The notes under the pieces were generated by a model. It had not been told where the DNA came from and did no database searches. It saw only the letters and a list, made by a program, of their open reading frames with translations. From positions 295,419-359,418 of the forward strand of contig CBDBLV010000003.1 of the NCBI GenBank assembly GCA_965207225.1: DNA of 64,000 nt, given 5' to 3'. The DNA comes from Dehalococcoidia bacterium. Lineage in GTDB: Bacteria > Chloroflexota > Dehalococcoidia > Plut-88900. Positions 27,263 to 37,140 of the stretch are shown here, piece after piece; the stretch's first letter is position 1; the number at the start of each line of letters is the position of its first letter. The translations under genes were made by a program, and so were the position numbers.

Positions 27263-28315
27263 ATGCTGGTACTCGGCATAGAGACATCCTGTGACGAGAC
27301 CGCGGCCGCCGTGGTCCAGGACGGGGCCCTGGTCCTATCTAACGTCATCTCCACCCAGGTGGACATCCATGCCCGGTACGGGGGCGTGGTCCCGGAAGTC
27401 GCCTCCAGACAGCACATGCTGCAAATAGTCCCCGTGGTCGACCTGGCCCTGGAGCGGGCGGAGGTGGGGTGGGGCGACATTGACGCCATAGCGGTGACCA
27501 AGGGGCCTGGACTGGCGGGATCCCTGCTCATAGGGGTGAGCATGGCCAAGGCACTGGCCCTTTCCCACGACCTGCCCCTCCTGGGGGTCAATCACCTGGA
27601 AGGCCATGTGTACGCCAACTGGCTGGTCAAGGAGAGCTACGCAGACGGGGGCCCCGAGCTTCCGTGCCTCTGCCTGATCGCTTCCGGGGGGCACACGGAC
27701 TTGGTCCTGATGCGGGACCACGGTGATTACGCCCTGCTGGGGCGCACCCGGGACGACGCCGCAGGGGAGTCCTTCGACAAGGTGGCGCGGGTGCTGGGGC
27801 TCGGCTACCCGGGGGGGCCGGTGGTGGAGCGGGTGGCGCGCAAGGGCAGCCAGCCAAAACCCTTCCCCCGGGCCTGGCTGAAGGGAACCGACGACTTCTC
27901 TTTCAGCGGCCTGAAGACTGCTGTGATCCGGGCATCCAAGGACATGGGCCTCGCTGTGGAGAGCATCGACGACCGGGTGGATACCGAGGACCCGGACCCT
28001 CTTCTAGCGGATGTGGCCGCGGGGTTCCAGGAAGCGGTGGTGGACGTACTGGTTGAAAAGACGGCCCAGGCCGCCCGACGCGAGGGTGTAGAAAAGGTGC
28101 TACTGTCGGGCGGGGTGGCAGCCAACGGGGCGCTGCGTTTGGCCATGGCCGAAGGCAGTCCAGTGGAAATGAGTTGTCCGCCGCCGGTATTCTGCACGGA
28201 CAATGCGGCAATGATAGCGGCCTGCGGCTACCGGCGCCTACTCTCAGGGGAGAGGTCGGGGTGGGACCTAGAGGTACATCCGAACCTGCCCATGGCCCGA
28301 CCAGCCACCGCCTAG
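27263..28315 (+). CDS. tsaD: tRNA N6-adenosine threonylcarbamoyltransferase TsaD
   Basis: LGIETSCDET, GGVVPEVASRQH, NHLEGH, SGGHT, DDAAGESFDK and CTDNAAMIA. Confidence 0.97.
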   Translation: MLVLGIETSCDETAAAVVQDGALVLSNVISTQVDIHARYGGVVPEVASRQHMLQIVPVVDLALERAEVGWGDIDAIAVTKGPGLAGSLLIGVSMAKALALSHDLPLLGVNHLEGHVYANWLVKESYADGGPELPCLCLIASGGHTDLVLMRDHGDYALLGRTRDDAAGESFDKVARVLGLGYPGGPVVERVARKGSQPKPFPRAWLKGTDDFSFSGLKTAVIRASKDMGLAVESIDDRVDTEDPDPLLADVAAGFQEAVVDVLVEKTAQAARREGVEKVLLSGGVAANGALRLAMAEGSPVEMSCPPPVFCTDNAAMIAACGYRRLLSGERSGWDLEVHPNLPMARPATA

Positions 28316-28362
28316 CACCGTCCGGCCTGGGAGCCCAACGGGCGCTTGATTCCTTCAAATGC

Positions 28363-28401
28363 AATCATCGTTCGCTCGAGAAACTGGAGCGAACGATGAT
28401 T
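28363..28401. terminator. Hairpin between convergent genes
   Basis: 15-bp inverted repeat AATCATCGTTCGCTC / GAGCGAACGATGATT. Confidence 0.55.
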
Positions 28402-28426
28402 ATCGACTCTCTTTAGTTGATCCAGT

Positions 28427-29536
28427 CTAGTTGAGGTTGTAGAGTCGGCGGCAGTTATCCCAGAGGACGGCCTTCTTCAGGTCGTCGCGGATGGGCAACT
28501 CCAGGAAGGCCTCGGTGGCGTGGGGGTATTTGGAGTCGTTGTGGGGGTAGTCGGTGGAGAAAACGGCGACCCCGTCAAGGCCAGAGTCACCGAGAAACCG
28601 GCCGGTTATCTCGTCGGCCTCGAAGGAGACGAAGCCCTGGCGCTTGAAGTACTCCGAGGGCTTCATGGTCAGCTCTACGTCGTGGTACTTGCCCAGCAGC
28701 TCGTCGTGCTCGTCCATGCGCCAGAGGAGCCAGGGCAGCCAGGAGCAGTTGCCCTCCAGGTAGCCGATCCTCAGGTTGGGGAAGCGCTCCATCACGCCGC
28801 CGCCGATGGTGTCCACCACGCTGAGCATCATCTCCATGGGATGAGAGCAGATGTGGAACATGGAGTAGTCCGGGAAGCGGTTGCCGATCTGGTTCATCAC
28901 CGTGGGGGTGCCTTCGTGGAACCCCAGGGTGACGTCCCGGGCCTCGAGCTCCCGCCACATGGGATCGTAGTAGGGGTCGTGCCAGTTGCGGCCGTTGACT
29001 ACGTTGGGCCGCACGAACGTTGCCTTGAAGCTGTAACTCTCAGCGGCCTCTCGCACCTGGAGCACGGTGGTCTCGACGTCGAAAGGTGAGAGCATGGCCG
29101 CCCCCGACATCCGGGACGGGTCAGCCGAGCAGAAATCGCTCATCCAGCGGCTGTAGGCCCGGGCCACGGCGTCCCCGAATACGGGGTCCATGGTATCCAT
29201 GGCGAGAACGAAGAGACCCCGGCTGGGGTAGAGGACGGCGTAATCCAGGCCCTCGGCGTCCATGGCCCGCAGCTGTGAGGCCGAGTCCCAGCCGTTGGCG
29301 AAGGGGTCGGCGTAGACCTCGTGGAAGTTGAGGTCCTCGACCATGCCTGTGCTCATATCCTCCCGCTCATAGGGCTGGAGGACGCCTTCGACCTGCACCT
29401 GCATGTCGCCCAGGAACCTGTCGATCCCCAGGGGCGCGCGGTCCCTGAATTTGGGGTCGATGTAGTTCTGCCAAAGGTCCTTAGGCTCTATGACGTGCAT
29501 GTCCGAATCCATAACCTTAAAGCCGTTCCTGGCCAT
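28427..29536 (-). CDS. Amidohydrolase family protein (Amidohydro_2)
   Basis: DSDMHVIEP, GFHEG, LEGNCSW and FSTDYPHND. Confidence 0.9.
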   Translation of the reverse strand: MARNGFKVMDSDMHVIEPKDLWQNYIDPKFRDRAPLGIDRFLGDMQVQVEGVLQPYEREDMSTGMVEDLNFHEVYADPFANGWDSASQLRAMDAEGLDYAVLYPSRGLFVLAMDTMDPVFGDAVARAYSRWMSDFCSADPSRMSGAAMLSPFDVETTVLQVREAAESYSFKATFVRPNVVNGRNWHDPYYDPMWRELEARDVTLGFHEGTPTVMNQIGNRFPDYSMFHICSHPMEMMLSVVDTIGGGVMERFPNLRIGYLEGNCSWLPWLLWRMDEHDELLGKYHDVELTMKPSEYFKRQGFVSFEADEITGRFLGDSGLDGVAVFSTDYPHNDSKYPHATEAFLELPIRDDLKKAVLWDNCRRLYNLN

Positions 29537-29736
29537 GTCAAACCCCCTTTGTATAGTGTTTGGGAAGCGTAAGACCCCCGAAAAAGACTGTCAACATACG
29601 GGAAGCCCCTCCCTATCTTCGCGGCAACCCCGGACAGTCCACTTGACCGATGCTCAACGCGGGCCGCCGAAGCTGGCGCACGCTTAGCCCCGACTCAACC
29701 GTACGATGGCTAAAGGGGCTTCCGGGTTCCTGAAGG

Positions 29737-30846
29737 TCAGTTCAGGTTGTAGAGCCGGGCGCAGTTGTCCCAGAGGACGGCCTTCTTCATCTCTTCGCCG
29801 ATGGGCATCTCGAGGAAGGCCTCGGTAGCGTGGGGGTACTTGGAATCGCTGTGGGGGTAGTCGGTGGAGAAGACCGCAACGTCCCCGAGGCCGAACTCAG
29901 ACAGGTAGCGGGCAGGGAACTCGTCGGCTTCGAAGGAGACATATCCCTGCCGCTTGAAGTACTCGGTGGGGGTCATGGTCAGTCCGGCGCCGTTGTTCAT
30001 GCCCATGAGCTCATCGTGTTCGTCCATCCGCCACAGCAGCCAGGGCAGCCAGGAGCAGTTGCCCTCCAGAAAGCCGATCCTCAGGTTGGGGAACCGCTCC
30101 ATCACCCCGCCGCCGATGGTATCGACCACGCTGATCATCATCTCCATAGGATGAGAGCATACGTGGTACATGGAGTAGTCCGGGAATCGATTGCCTATCT
30201 GGTTCATTGCGGTGGTTGCGCCTTCGTGGAACCCGAGGGTGACGTCCCGGGCCTCGAGTTCCCGCCACATGGGGTCGTAGTAGGGGTCGTGCCAGTTGCG
30301 GCCGTTAACTATATTGGGGCGCATGAAGGCGGCCCTGAATCCGAAGGCGTCCACTGCCTGGCGCACCTCGTCCACGGCCGACTCAACGTCGAAGGGAGCG
30401 ATCATGGCGGCCCCCAACATGCGCTGAGGGGCAATGGCGCAGAAGTCGCTCATCCAGCGGGTGTAGGCCCGGGCGATGGCGTCGGCCAGGCCCGGATCCA
30501 TCGTATCCAGGGCCAGGGCAAAGAGGCCGCGGCTGGGGTACAGGAAGGCCACATCTATGCCCTCGGCATCCATTGCTCTGACCTGGGAAGCGGAGTCCCA
30601 GCCGTTGGAGAGAGGGTCGGCATAGACCACGTGATGGTCGTTTGCTTCAATGATCTGCTTGGATACGCTGCCGGCGTCGGCGGGATGGAGGTGCCCTTCC
30701 ACCAGCACCTGCATGTCTCCCAGATATCGGTCAAAGCCCCGAGGCGCCCGTCCAGCGTACTTGGGGTCTATATAGTCCTGCCAGAGGTCCTTGGGTTCGA
30801 TGACGTGCATGTCGGAGTCCATCACCTTGAAACCGTTCCTAGCCAT
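29737..30846 (-). CDS. Amidohydrolase family protein (Amidohydro_2), tandem paralog
   Basis: Same motifs, with long stretches identical to 28427..29536. Confidence 0.9.
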   Translation of the reverse strand: MARNGFKVMDSDMHVIEPKDLWQDYIDPKYAGRAPRGFDRYLGDMQVLVEGHLHPADAGSVSKQIIEANDHHVVYADPLSNGWDSASQVRAMDAEGIDVAFLYPSRGLFALALDTMDPGLADAIARAYTRWMSDFCAIAPQRMLGAAMIAPFDVESAVDEVRQAVDAFGFRAAFMRPNIVNGRNWHDPYYDPMWRELEARDVTLGFHEGATTAMNQIGNRFPDYSMYHVCSHPMEMMISVVDTIGGGVMERFPNLRIGFLEGNCSWLPWLLWRMDEHDELMGMNNGAGLTMTPTEYFKRQGYVSFEADEFPARYLSEFGLGDVAVFSTDYPHSDSKYPHATEAFLEMPIGEEMKKAVLWDNCARLYNLN

Positions 30847-30934
30847 GACCAACCCCCTTGCTACTAGTGCAGTTGAGCCTAAACGCCCCTAATACGGCTG
30901 TCAATGAATGCGGTATGGTGGTCTGCCGGGGCAT

Positions 30935-32329
30935 TCAAGGGAGCATAGTCGACGGCTTCCATCCCCCCAGCACCGACTCGACGGCGGTGGCAGCTGCCAG
31001 CACAATATCCTCCCGCCAAGATATGGCACCCAGCTGCACCCCGATAGGCAGGCCCTCCGGTGATGTTCCTGCTCTCACCACACATCCAGGCCAGCCTGTG
31101 AGATTGTAGGGCCGGGTGTAGATGGCGTCGGGGTAATCGTCCTGGTTGGCCTCACCGTGGGGCAGGGCCGCGGCAGAGCCGGTCGGTGAAAGCACCAGGT
31201 CGCAGCCTTCCATGAAGGCCACCATCTCCCCACGGATTCTGTCCAACTGTTCCAGTATGTCCATAAGCTCCGCTGAAGGTATGGGCCTGGCCTTGGTCAT
31301 GCGGAGCACCAGCACCGGGTCCACTTTTTTGGTCCCGGCCTTTTCCAGCTGGCGTCGGAGCCAGGCGTAGCCGTCTGCGGCGCTTACCCGGTCGCAGAGG
31401 GCGCTCACCCCGGCCATTCCCGGAACCTCACCCTCCTCAACCTGCACGCCCGACTCCCTCAGCGCCCCAGCCGCGTCCTCTACGGCCTTCACCGTGGCGG
31501 AGTCTGGTTGCACGTCGCCCAGCGCGGTGAAGTACACACACCGCAGCTTACTCAAATCCACGGAATCGGGCCCGGAAAGGGGCATGGGCACGAGGGCGGG
31601 GTCGCGTGCGTCGACTCCTGATATTACGGGCAAGGCCAGCCAGAGGTCCTTAACGTAGCGGGCCATGGGGCCCACCTGGTTCAGAGGGCCGGTGGCTCCC
31701 ATGCCGTGAGGAGGCACGTGTCCCGCTCGGGACACACGGCCCTGGGTCGGTTTCAGACCGGCAATGCCGCAGTAGTGAGCGGGCATGCGTATGCTGCCTG
31801 CGCTGTCGGTGCCCATGTCCAGGGGGGAGCCGCCGGCCGCGACTATGGCCCCTGCTCCGCCGCTGCTGCCGCTGGGACTCCGGGACAGGTCGTATGGGTT
31901 ATTGGTGCGGCCGTAGACGAAGTTGTTACTCTCCCAGGTCATGGTCAGTTCGGGGGTGTTGCTCTTGCCCATCAATACAACACCGGCATCTTTGAGCCGG
32001 GCCACGACGGTCGCGTCCCGTTTGGGCACAACTCTCCTCCGACCCTCCGTCCCAGCGGTCGTAACCATCCCCGCCGTCTCCAGGGAGTCCTTGATGGTGA
32101 TGGGCAAGCCGTGAAGAGGACCCCGGCTTTCGCCTTTCGCCGACTCCCGGTCCCGCTCATCTGCTGTCGCCAAAGCTCCCTCTGCATCCAGCAACACCAC
32201 GGCGTTGATGGCGGGATTCACCTCTTCAATGCGGGCCAGGTGGGCCTCGGTAAGCTCCCTGGAGGAGATCTCCTGTCTTCTCAAGGCCTCCACCATACTC
32301 ACGGCTGACTGGTAGTAGAGCTCATCCAT
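30935..32329 (-). CDS. Amidase signature family protein
   Basis: GPLHGLPITIKD, SGSSGG, GTDSAGSIR and GLPIGVQ. The real start is MDELYY at 32329; the longer ORF-track start overlaps the tRNA. Confidence 0.92.
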   Translation of the reverse strand: MDELYYQSAVSMVEALRRQEISSRELTEAHLARIEEVNPAINAVVLLDAEGALATADERDRESAKGESRGPLHGLPITIKDSLETAGMVTTAGTEGRRRVVPKRDATVVARLKDAGVVLMGKSNTPELTMTWESNNFVYGRTNNPYDLSRSPSGSSGGAGAIVAAGGSPLDMGTDSAGSIRMPAHYCGIAGLKPTQGRVSRAGHVPPHGMGATGPLNQVGPMARYVKDLWLALPVISGVDARDPALVPMPLSGPDSVDLSKLRCVYFTALGDVQPDSATVKAVEDAAGALRESGVQVEEGEVPGMAGVSALCDRVSAADGYAWLRRQLEKAGTKKVDPVLVLRMTKARPIPSAELMDILEQLDRIRGEMVAFMEGCDLVLSPTGSAAALPHGEANQDDYPDAIYTRPYNLTGWPGCVVRAGTSPEGLPIGVQLGAISWREDIVLAAATAVESVLGGWKPSTMLP

Positions 32330-32385
32330 CAGATGCCTTCCTTCTGCGTCAAGGGGACCCTGTGGGAGGGCTGGTAAGAGTGAAA

Positions 32386-32462
32386 TGGTCGGGGCGCCGG
32401 GATTTGAACCCGGGACCTCATCGTCCCGAACGATGCGCGCTACCGGACTGCGCCACGCCCCG
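32386..32462 (-). tRNA. tRNA-Pro(CGG)
   Basis: CGGGGCGTGGCGCAGTCCGGTAGCGCG-CATCG-TTCGGGA-CGATG-AGGTCCCGGGTTCAAATCCCGGCGCCCCGACCA; cloverleaf with encoded CCA. Confidence 0.96.
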
Positions 32463-32613
32463 AGAGAGAATACCGACCCATTATAACCAGCCATAGCCCC
32501 CCATCCAAGAGCATCGATACTCGCCGAGTCCAGTATACGGGCTTCATGCTCCTCCCCCCTATAAGCTTTATTCTATCTCCGAGCTGGGATGTATGGGTTA
32601 AAATATCTCGCTA

Positions 32614-33537
32614 ATGAGCGGCGTGCTTAACAAGATCACGGTCCGGACCCCGGCTACAACAGCCAACATGGGCCCTGGATTTGACTCCCTGGGCATGGCC
32701 CTGGAGCTATTCAACACAATCTCAATCGAGCGCTCTGACCGATTTTCGATAAGGATCACGGGAAACGGGGCAGGGGAGCTGAGCACGGGCCCCGACAACA
32801 TGGTCTACAGAGGAATCGCCGCAGTCTACGACCATTTGAAACTGGAGCCGCCGCCGCTGGCTGTAAAGTGCCACAATGAGATTCCTCTGCGCAGGGGGCT
32901 CGGGAGCAGTGCTGCAGCTATCGCCGGAGGTATGGTGGCTGCCAACCTGCTAACAGGTGGCTCAGTGCCCGGGGAGGAGCTGCTCCGCCTGGCGGACGCT
33001 ATAGAGGGCCACCCGGACAACGTGGCCCCGGCCCTGTTCGGTGGCTGCCAGATAGTTTTGCGTGAGGGTGAGAACCTGACTTCTGTGCCATGTCCCGTGA
33101 ATGAGAGGCTCCGCGCCGTTCTATTGGTACCGGACGTGGAAATTCCTACTGAAGAGGCCCGAGAGGTTATGCCTACCAGCATCCCAATGCAAGATGCGAT
33201 ACACAACATCGGAAGGGTCGCTCTGCTGGCGCTGGCCCTGAGCCGAGGCGATGCCGAGCACCTTGGCCTGGCAACTCAGGACGTGCTTCACCAGCAGTAC
33301 CGCGCTCCCCTTTTCCCGCCCATGACCGGCATATTTGGGGCTGCCATGGAGGCGGGCGCCAGTGGAGTGTTCCTGTCCGGTAGTGGTTCGACCATTTTGG
33401 CGATGGTCGATTCCAACGAGGAGTCGATAGCAAAAGCTATGCTCGAGGAGGCCCGCAAGCAGGGGGTGAAGGCCGAGACTCACGTCACGCGTCCCTCGAC
33501 ATTGGGAGTGTCGGTTGTTCCCGAGGGAGAAGTCTAA
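32614..33537 (+). CDS. thrB: Homoserine kinase
   Basis: PATTANMGPGFD, IPLRRGLGSSAAA, EGHPDN and LSGSG. Confidence 0.96.
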   Translation: MSGVLNKITVRTPATTANMGPGFDSLGMALELFNTISIERSDRFSIRITGNGAGELSTGPDNMVYRGIAAVYDHLKLEPPPLAVKCHNEIPLRRGLGSSAAAIAGGMVAANLLTGGSVPGEELLRLADAIEGHPDNVAPALFGGCQIVLREGENLTSVPCPVNERLRAVLLVPDVEIPTEEAREVMPTSIPMQDAIHNIGRVALLALALSRGDAEHLGLATQDVLHQQYRAPLFPPMTGIFGAAMEAGASGVFLSGSGSTILAMVDSNEESIAKAMLEEARKQGVKAETHVTRPSTLGVSVVPEGEV

Positions 33538-33540
33538 GAA

Positions 33541-34764
33541 GTGTCCCTGCTGGTGCAGAAATACGGCGGCACCTCGGTAGCCGACTCCAGCCGCATCGTC
33601 AACGTTGCCAAGCGCATAGTCTCAGCCTCCGATGCCGGCAACCAGGTGGTGACGGTGGTGTCGGCCATGGGAAACACAACCGACCGTTTAATAGAGCTGG
33701 CCAATGAAGTCAGCTCCGACCCCAGCCCCCGGGAGCTAGACTTCCTCCTGTCCACCGGTGAAATAGTATCCTGCACCCTGCTGGCCATGGCGCTAAGGGA
33801 GCTTGGGGCGAAAGCGATAAGCCTCAGTGGGGCGCAGGCCGGGATCCATACCGACGCCTCCCACAGCCGGGCGCGCATCGAGCAGGTGGAAACGGGGCGC
33901 GTGCTTGGGGAACTGGGTAAGGGCAACATAGTTATAGTTGCCGGGTTCCAGGGTATGACCACGGACATGGAGACCACGACCCTGGGCCGTGGTGGGTCCG
34001 ACACTACGGCCGTGGCCCTGGCCGCGGCTCTGGATGCCCAGCGATGTGAAATCTACACCGATGTGTCCGGCGTTTTCACCGCCGACCCACGCGTGGTCCC
34101 CAATGCCCGAAAACTCACAGATCTGAGCTTCGACGAGATGCTGGAGCTGGCCAGCTACGGCGCCGGGGTTCTCCACCCTCGGGCCGTGGAGCTCGGGGCC
34201 TTTTATGGCATACCTATCCTGGTCGCGTCCAGCTTCACCAGCGAGCAGGGTACTCTTATCCACGGAGGCGAACCCATGGAGGCCAGAAACAGACTGAGCG
34301 GAATAGCCCATGACCTGGACACGGCCAAGATCACCGTAATGGGCATCCCGGACCGTCCGGGCATCGCCGCCTCCCTGTTCGAGCCGCTGTCCCGGGCCGG
34401 CATCAGCGTCGACACCATCGTCCAGAACGCCAGCGAGGACAATATAACCGACCTCACGTTCACGGTGGCGCGTCGGGACCTGGCGGCGGCGCAGGAGATC
34501 GTCAAACCGGTAGCGGAGGAGCTCGGGGGGCGGGGGATCGTCGCCAATGGAGAGCTGGGCAAGGTAAGCATAGTAGGCAACGGGATGCAGTACGCCCCCG
34601 GATACGCCTCCCGGATGTTCACCACGCTGTACAGGGCCGGAATCAACATCCAGATGATCACCACCTCCGAGATAAGGATCACGTGTATAGTCGACAGGGT
34701 GGACACTACGAAGGCAGTCCAGGCGCTTTACGACGCTTTCTACGTGGAAGGGGCAGAGCTATAG
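33541..34764 (+). CDS. lysC: Aspartate kinase
   Basis: [38 protein letters not shown] and two ACT domains. Confidence 0.95.
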   Translation: MSLLVQKYGGTSVADSSRIVNVAKRIVSASDAGNQVVTVVSAMGNTTDRLIELANEVSSDPSPRELDFLLSTGEIVSCTLLAMALRELGAKAISLSGAQAGIHTDASHSRARIEQVETGRVLGELGKGNIVIVAGFQGMTTDMETTTLGRGGSDTTAVALAAALDAQRCEIYTDVSGVFTADPRVVPNARKLTDLSFDEMLELASYGAGVLHPRAVELGAFYGIPILVASSFTSEQGTLIHGGEPMEARNRLSGIAHDLDTAKITVMGIPDRPGIAASLFEPLSRAGISVDTIVQNASEDNITDLTFTVARRDLAAAQEIVKPVAEELGGRGIVANGELGKVSIVGNGMQYAPGYASRMFTTLYRAGINIQMITTSEIRITCIVDRVDTTKAVQALYDAFYVEGAEL

Positions 34765-35510
34765 CCTCCCCGACCCTTGCCCCCCTCCTCTCCGTGATTG
34801 TCCCTGCCTTCAATGAAGAGGAGCGGATCGCCGACTCCCTTACCCAGATATCTGCTTATCTCACCGGACAGGTCTATTGCTGGGAAGTCATTGTAGTAGA
34901 CGACGGCAGCACGGATTCGACTGCAGACCTGGTCAGGGATGCGGCATCCCGAACGCAGGGCATCCGGTTGATTTCTCGGGCTCACAGGGGGAAGGGACAC
35001 GCGGTCAGGGTGGGGATGCAGGCGGCGTCGGGGGAGTACCGGTTCCAGTGCGATGCTGATCTGTCCATGCCCATTGATCAGCTGTCCCGCTTTCTTCCGC
35101 CCGAGTTCGAGGGCCCTGGCATAGCCATCGGATCCAGGTCGGCGCCGGGGGCCCGCAGGTTGGGCGACCCGCCACTTCGCAAACTCATGGGGAAGGCCTT
35201 CAATCTGCTCCTGCGGTTGGGAGGTACGGGCTTCACAGATACCCAGTGCGGATACAAGTGTTTCGCCGGGGCCAGAGCCCAGGCCTTATTCGAGCAGCAG
35301 CGTCTGGACGGCTTCGGATCGGACGTGGAGGTGCTCAACCTGGCCCGCCGCTTCGGCATTCCCGTAATGGAAGTGCCGATAGTGTGGCACTACAGGTCGG
35401 GCAGCAAGGTGCGTCCCGTCCAGGATACGTTTCGCATGCTTGCAGACCTTGTTGCCATCAGGCTCAACGCTCTTCGAGGTCGCTATTCCCCTCCCCACAG
35501 TGAATGCTGA
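34761..35510 (+). CDS. Glycosyltransferase family 2 (dolichyl-phosphate beta-glucosyltransferase-like)
   Basis: [30 protein letters not shown] and DTQCGYK. Start uncertain. Confidence 0.88.
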   Translation: MASPTLAPLLSVIVPAFNEEERIADSLTQISAYLTGQVYCWEVIVVDDGSTDSTADLVRDAASRTQGIRLISRAHRGKGHAVRVGMQAASGEYRFQCDADLSMPIDQLSRFLPPEFEGPGIAIGSRSAPGARRLGDPPLRKLMGKAFNLLLRLGGTGFTDTQCGYKCFAGARAQALFEQQRLDGFGSDVEVLNLARRFGIPVMEVPIVWHYRSGSKVRPVQDTFRMLADLVAIRLNALRGRYSPPHSEC

Positions 35511-35643
35511 GCCAATCGGGCTTTGCGAGTCAGTGTAATACAGCACTATCGAGCCGGGCCGGAGAAACGAAAAATTGCGTCAAAAACCCCTTGCACTGCG
35601 AAAAATGTGTGTGCAAAATTGCCCCAACTCCGAGCGAAATCCC

Positions 35644-36039
35644 ATGAACACGGTTCAAGACATATTGGAAAAGAGCAGGGTGATAGCCGTGGTCGGCCTT
35701 TCTCCCAAGCCCCACAGGGACAGCCATGAAGTGGCGAAGTATCTGCAAAAGCAAGGCTATCGCATCATCCCCGTCTATCCCCGTGCCGACTCCATTCTCG
35801 GTGAGAAGGTATACCCCGACCTCACGTCAATCCCCGACAAGGTGGATGTCGTAGATATATTCCGCAAGTCCGAGGACGTTCCCCCGGTAGTCGACGAGGC
35901 TATCGAAATAGGCGCCAAGGCCGTTTGGATGCAACTGGGCATCGTTCATGAAGAGGCTGCGGGCAAGGCCCTGGATGCGGGTCTGGGCGTGGTTATGGAC
36001 CGCTGCATGCTCGTAGAGCACCGGAATTTGGTCTCCTAG
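35644..36039 (+). CDS. CoA-binding protein (YccU-like)
   Basis: IAVVGLS, GY.IIPV.P, VDIFR, VWMQLG and VVMDRC. Confidence 0.92.
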   Translation: MNTVQDILEKSRVIAVVGLSPKPHRDSHEVAKYLQKQGYRIIPVYPRADSILGEKVYPDLTSIPDKVDVVDIFRKSEDVPPVVDEAIEIGAKAVWMQLGIVHEEAAGKALDAGLGVVMDRCMLVEHRNLVS

Positions 36040-36124
36040 AATTCCAGCCCGGCACACCGTACCGGCGTACCGGTCCCCGGGGTCCCTAAAGATTAGCAAT
36101 CCCTGATTATCATTCTGCAGTGCG

Positions 36125-36994
36125 ATGGAACCCACCATGCAAAACACGGCAACGACCCGAAAGCTGCACCCAGTGCTGGCCCGAAACGCCATAGACCTAG
36201 CGACAAAGGGGCGCTGGGCCGACGCCTTGGAGGTCAACCGCCATATCCTGGACATGGACCCATCCAACTGCGGGGCCTGGAACCGGATGGGCAAGGCTTT
36301 GGTCCAGCTTGGTCGATACCCCGGGGCCCGGGATGCCTTCGCCGAGACCCTGAGGCTTGATCCCTCCAACAGCATAGCCCGCAAGAACCTGGAAAAGCTG
36401 GAGGGTCTCTCCGAGGAGAGCGCCAGGACTCCTACAGCCACTGCGGAGGTGTCCCTCCAGCAGTTCATCGAGGACACGGGCAAGTCCGCTGTGACTCCCC
36501 TTGTAAGCCTCGGGGACAGGGGAACGGTAAAACGACTTGTGAGCGGTCAGCCCATAGAGCTGCGCATGGAGGAATGTAAACTGTTCATCTACACCACCAA
36601 TGGCGATTATGTTGGTCAGGTCGAAACCAAGCTTGCAGTACGCCTCGCGGAGTTGGTTAGGGGTGGGAACCGGTACCAGGGGCACGTAACCAGCGCCGGG
36701 GAAGACGAAGTGAAGGTGATGCTTCGGGAGGCTCTGGTGTCCCCCTCCCAGATAGGCAGGAAGTCCTTCCCGTCCAAGTCGGCGGACGGCTTCCGACCCT
36801 ACGTCAAAGGCAGAGTCGGGCTCCATGATTCCGGAGAGGCGCGCACATGGCAAAAGGAATATGACGACCCAGATGAGGACATGCTCGATGATGCGGAGCC
36901 GGAGGGGATCCGTATAGTGGACGGTCCGAAAGACTCGCTGGACATGGATGAAGACGAAGAACGGGACGACGAGGAAACGGGAAAGGATAAGTAG
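36125..36994 (+). CDS. Tetratricopeptide repeat protein with acidic C-terminus
   Basis: TPR-like helices (AWNRMGKAL..LG, L.LDP.N.IA.KNL), FIEDTGKS and a D/E-rich tail. Confidence 0.8.
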   Translation: MEPTMQNTATTRKLHPVLARNAIDLATKGRWADALEVNRHILDMDPSNCGAWNRMGKALVQLGRYPGARDAFAETLRLDPSNSIARKNLEKLEGLSEESARTPTATAEVSLQQFIEDTGKSAVTPLVSLGDRGTVKRLVSGQPIELRMEECKLFIYTTNGDYVGQVETKLAVRLAELVRGGNRYQGHVTSAGEDEVKVMLREALVSPSQIGRKSFPSKSADGFRPYVKGRVGLHDSGEARTWQKEYDDPDEDMLDDAEPEGIRIVDGPKDSLDMDEDEERDDEETGKDK

Positions 36995-37140
36995 TCTGAT
37001 AGTGCCTTAACCTCTCGACCACCGTTCCGAAATTCCCAGCGACCGCCGACCAGGCGGTTTTTCATAACCGGCTGCGCCGCCACCCCGTGGCGTCTCCCCC
37101 ACCCATGTAAAATTGATGGTAAACTCTCAAGCCGAACGAG

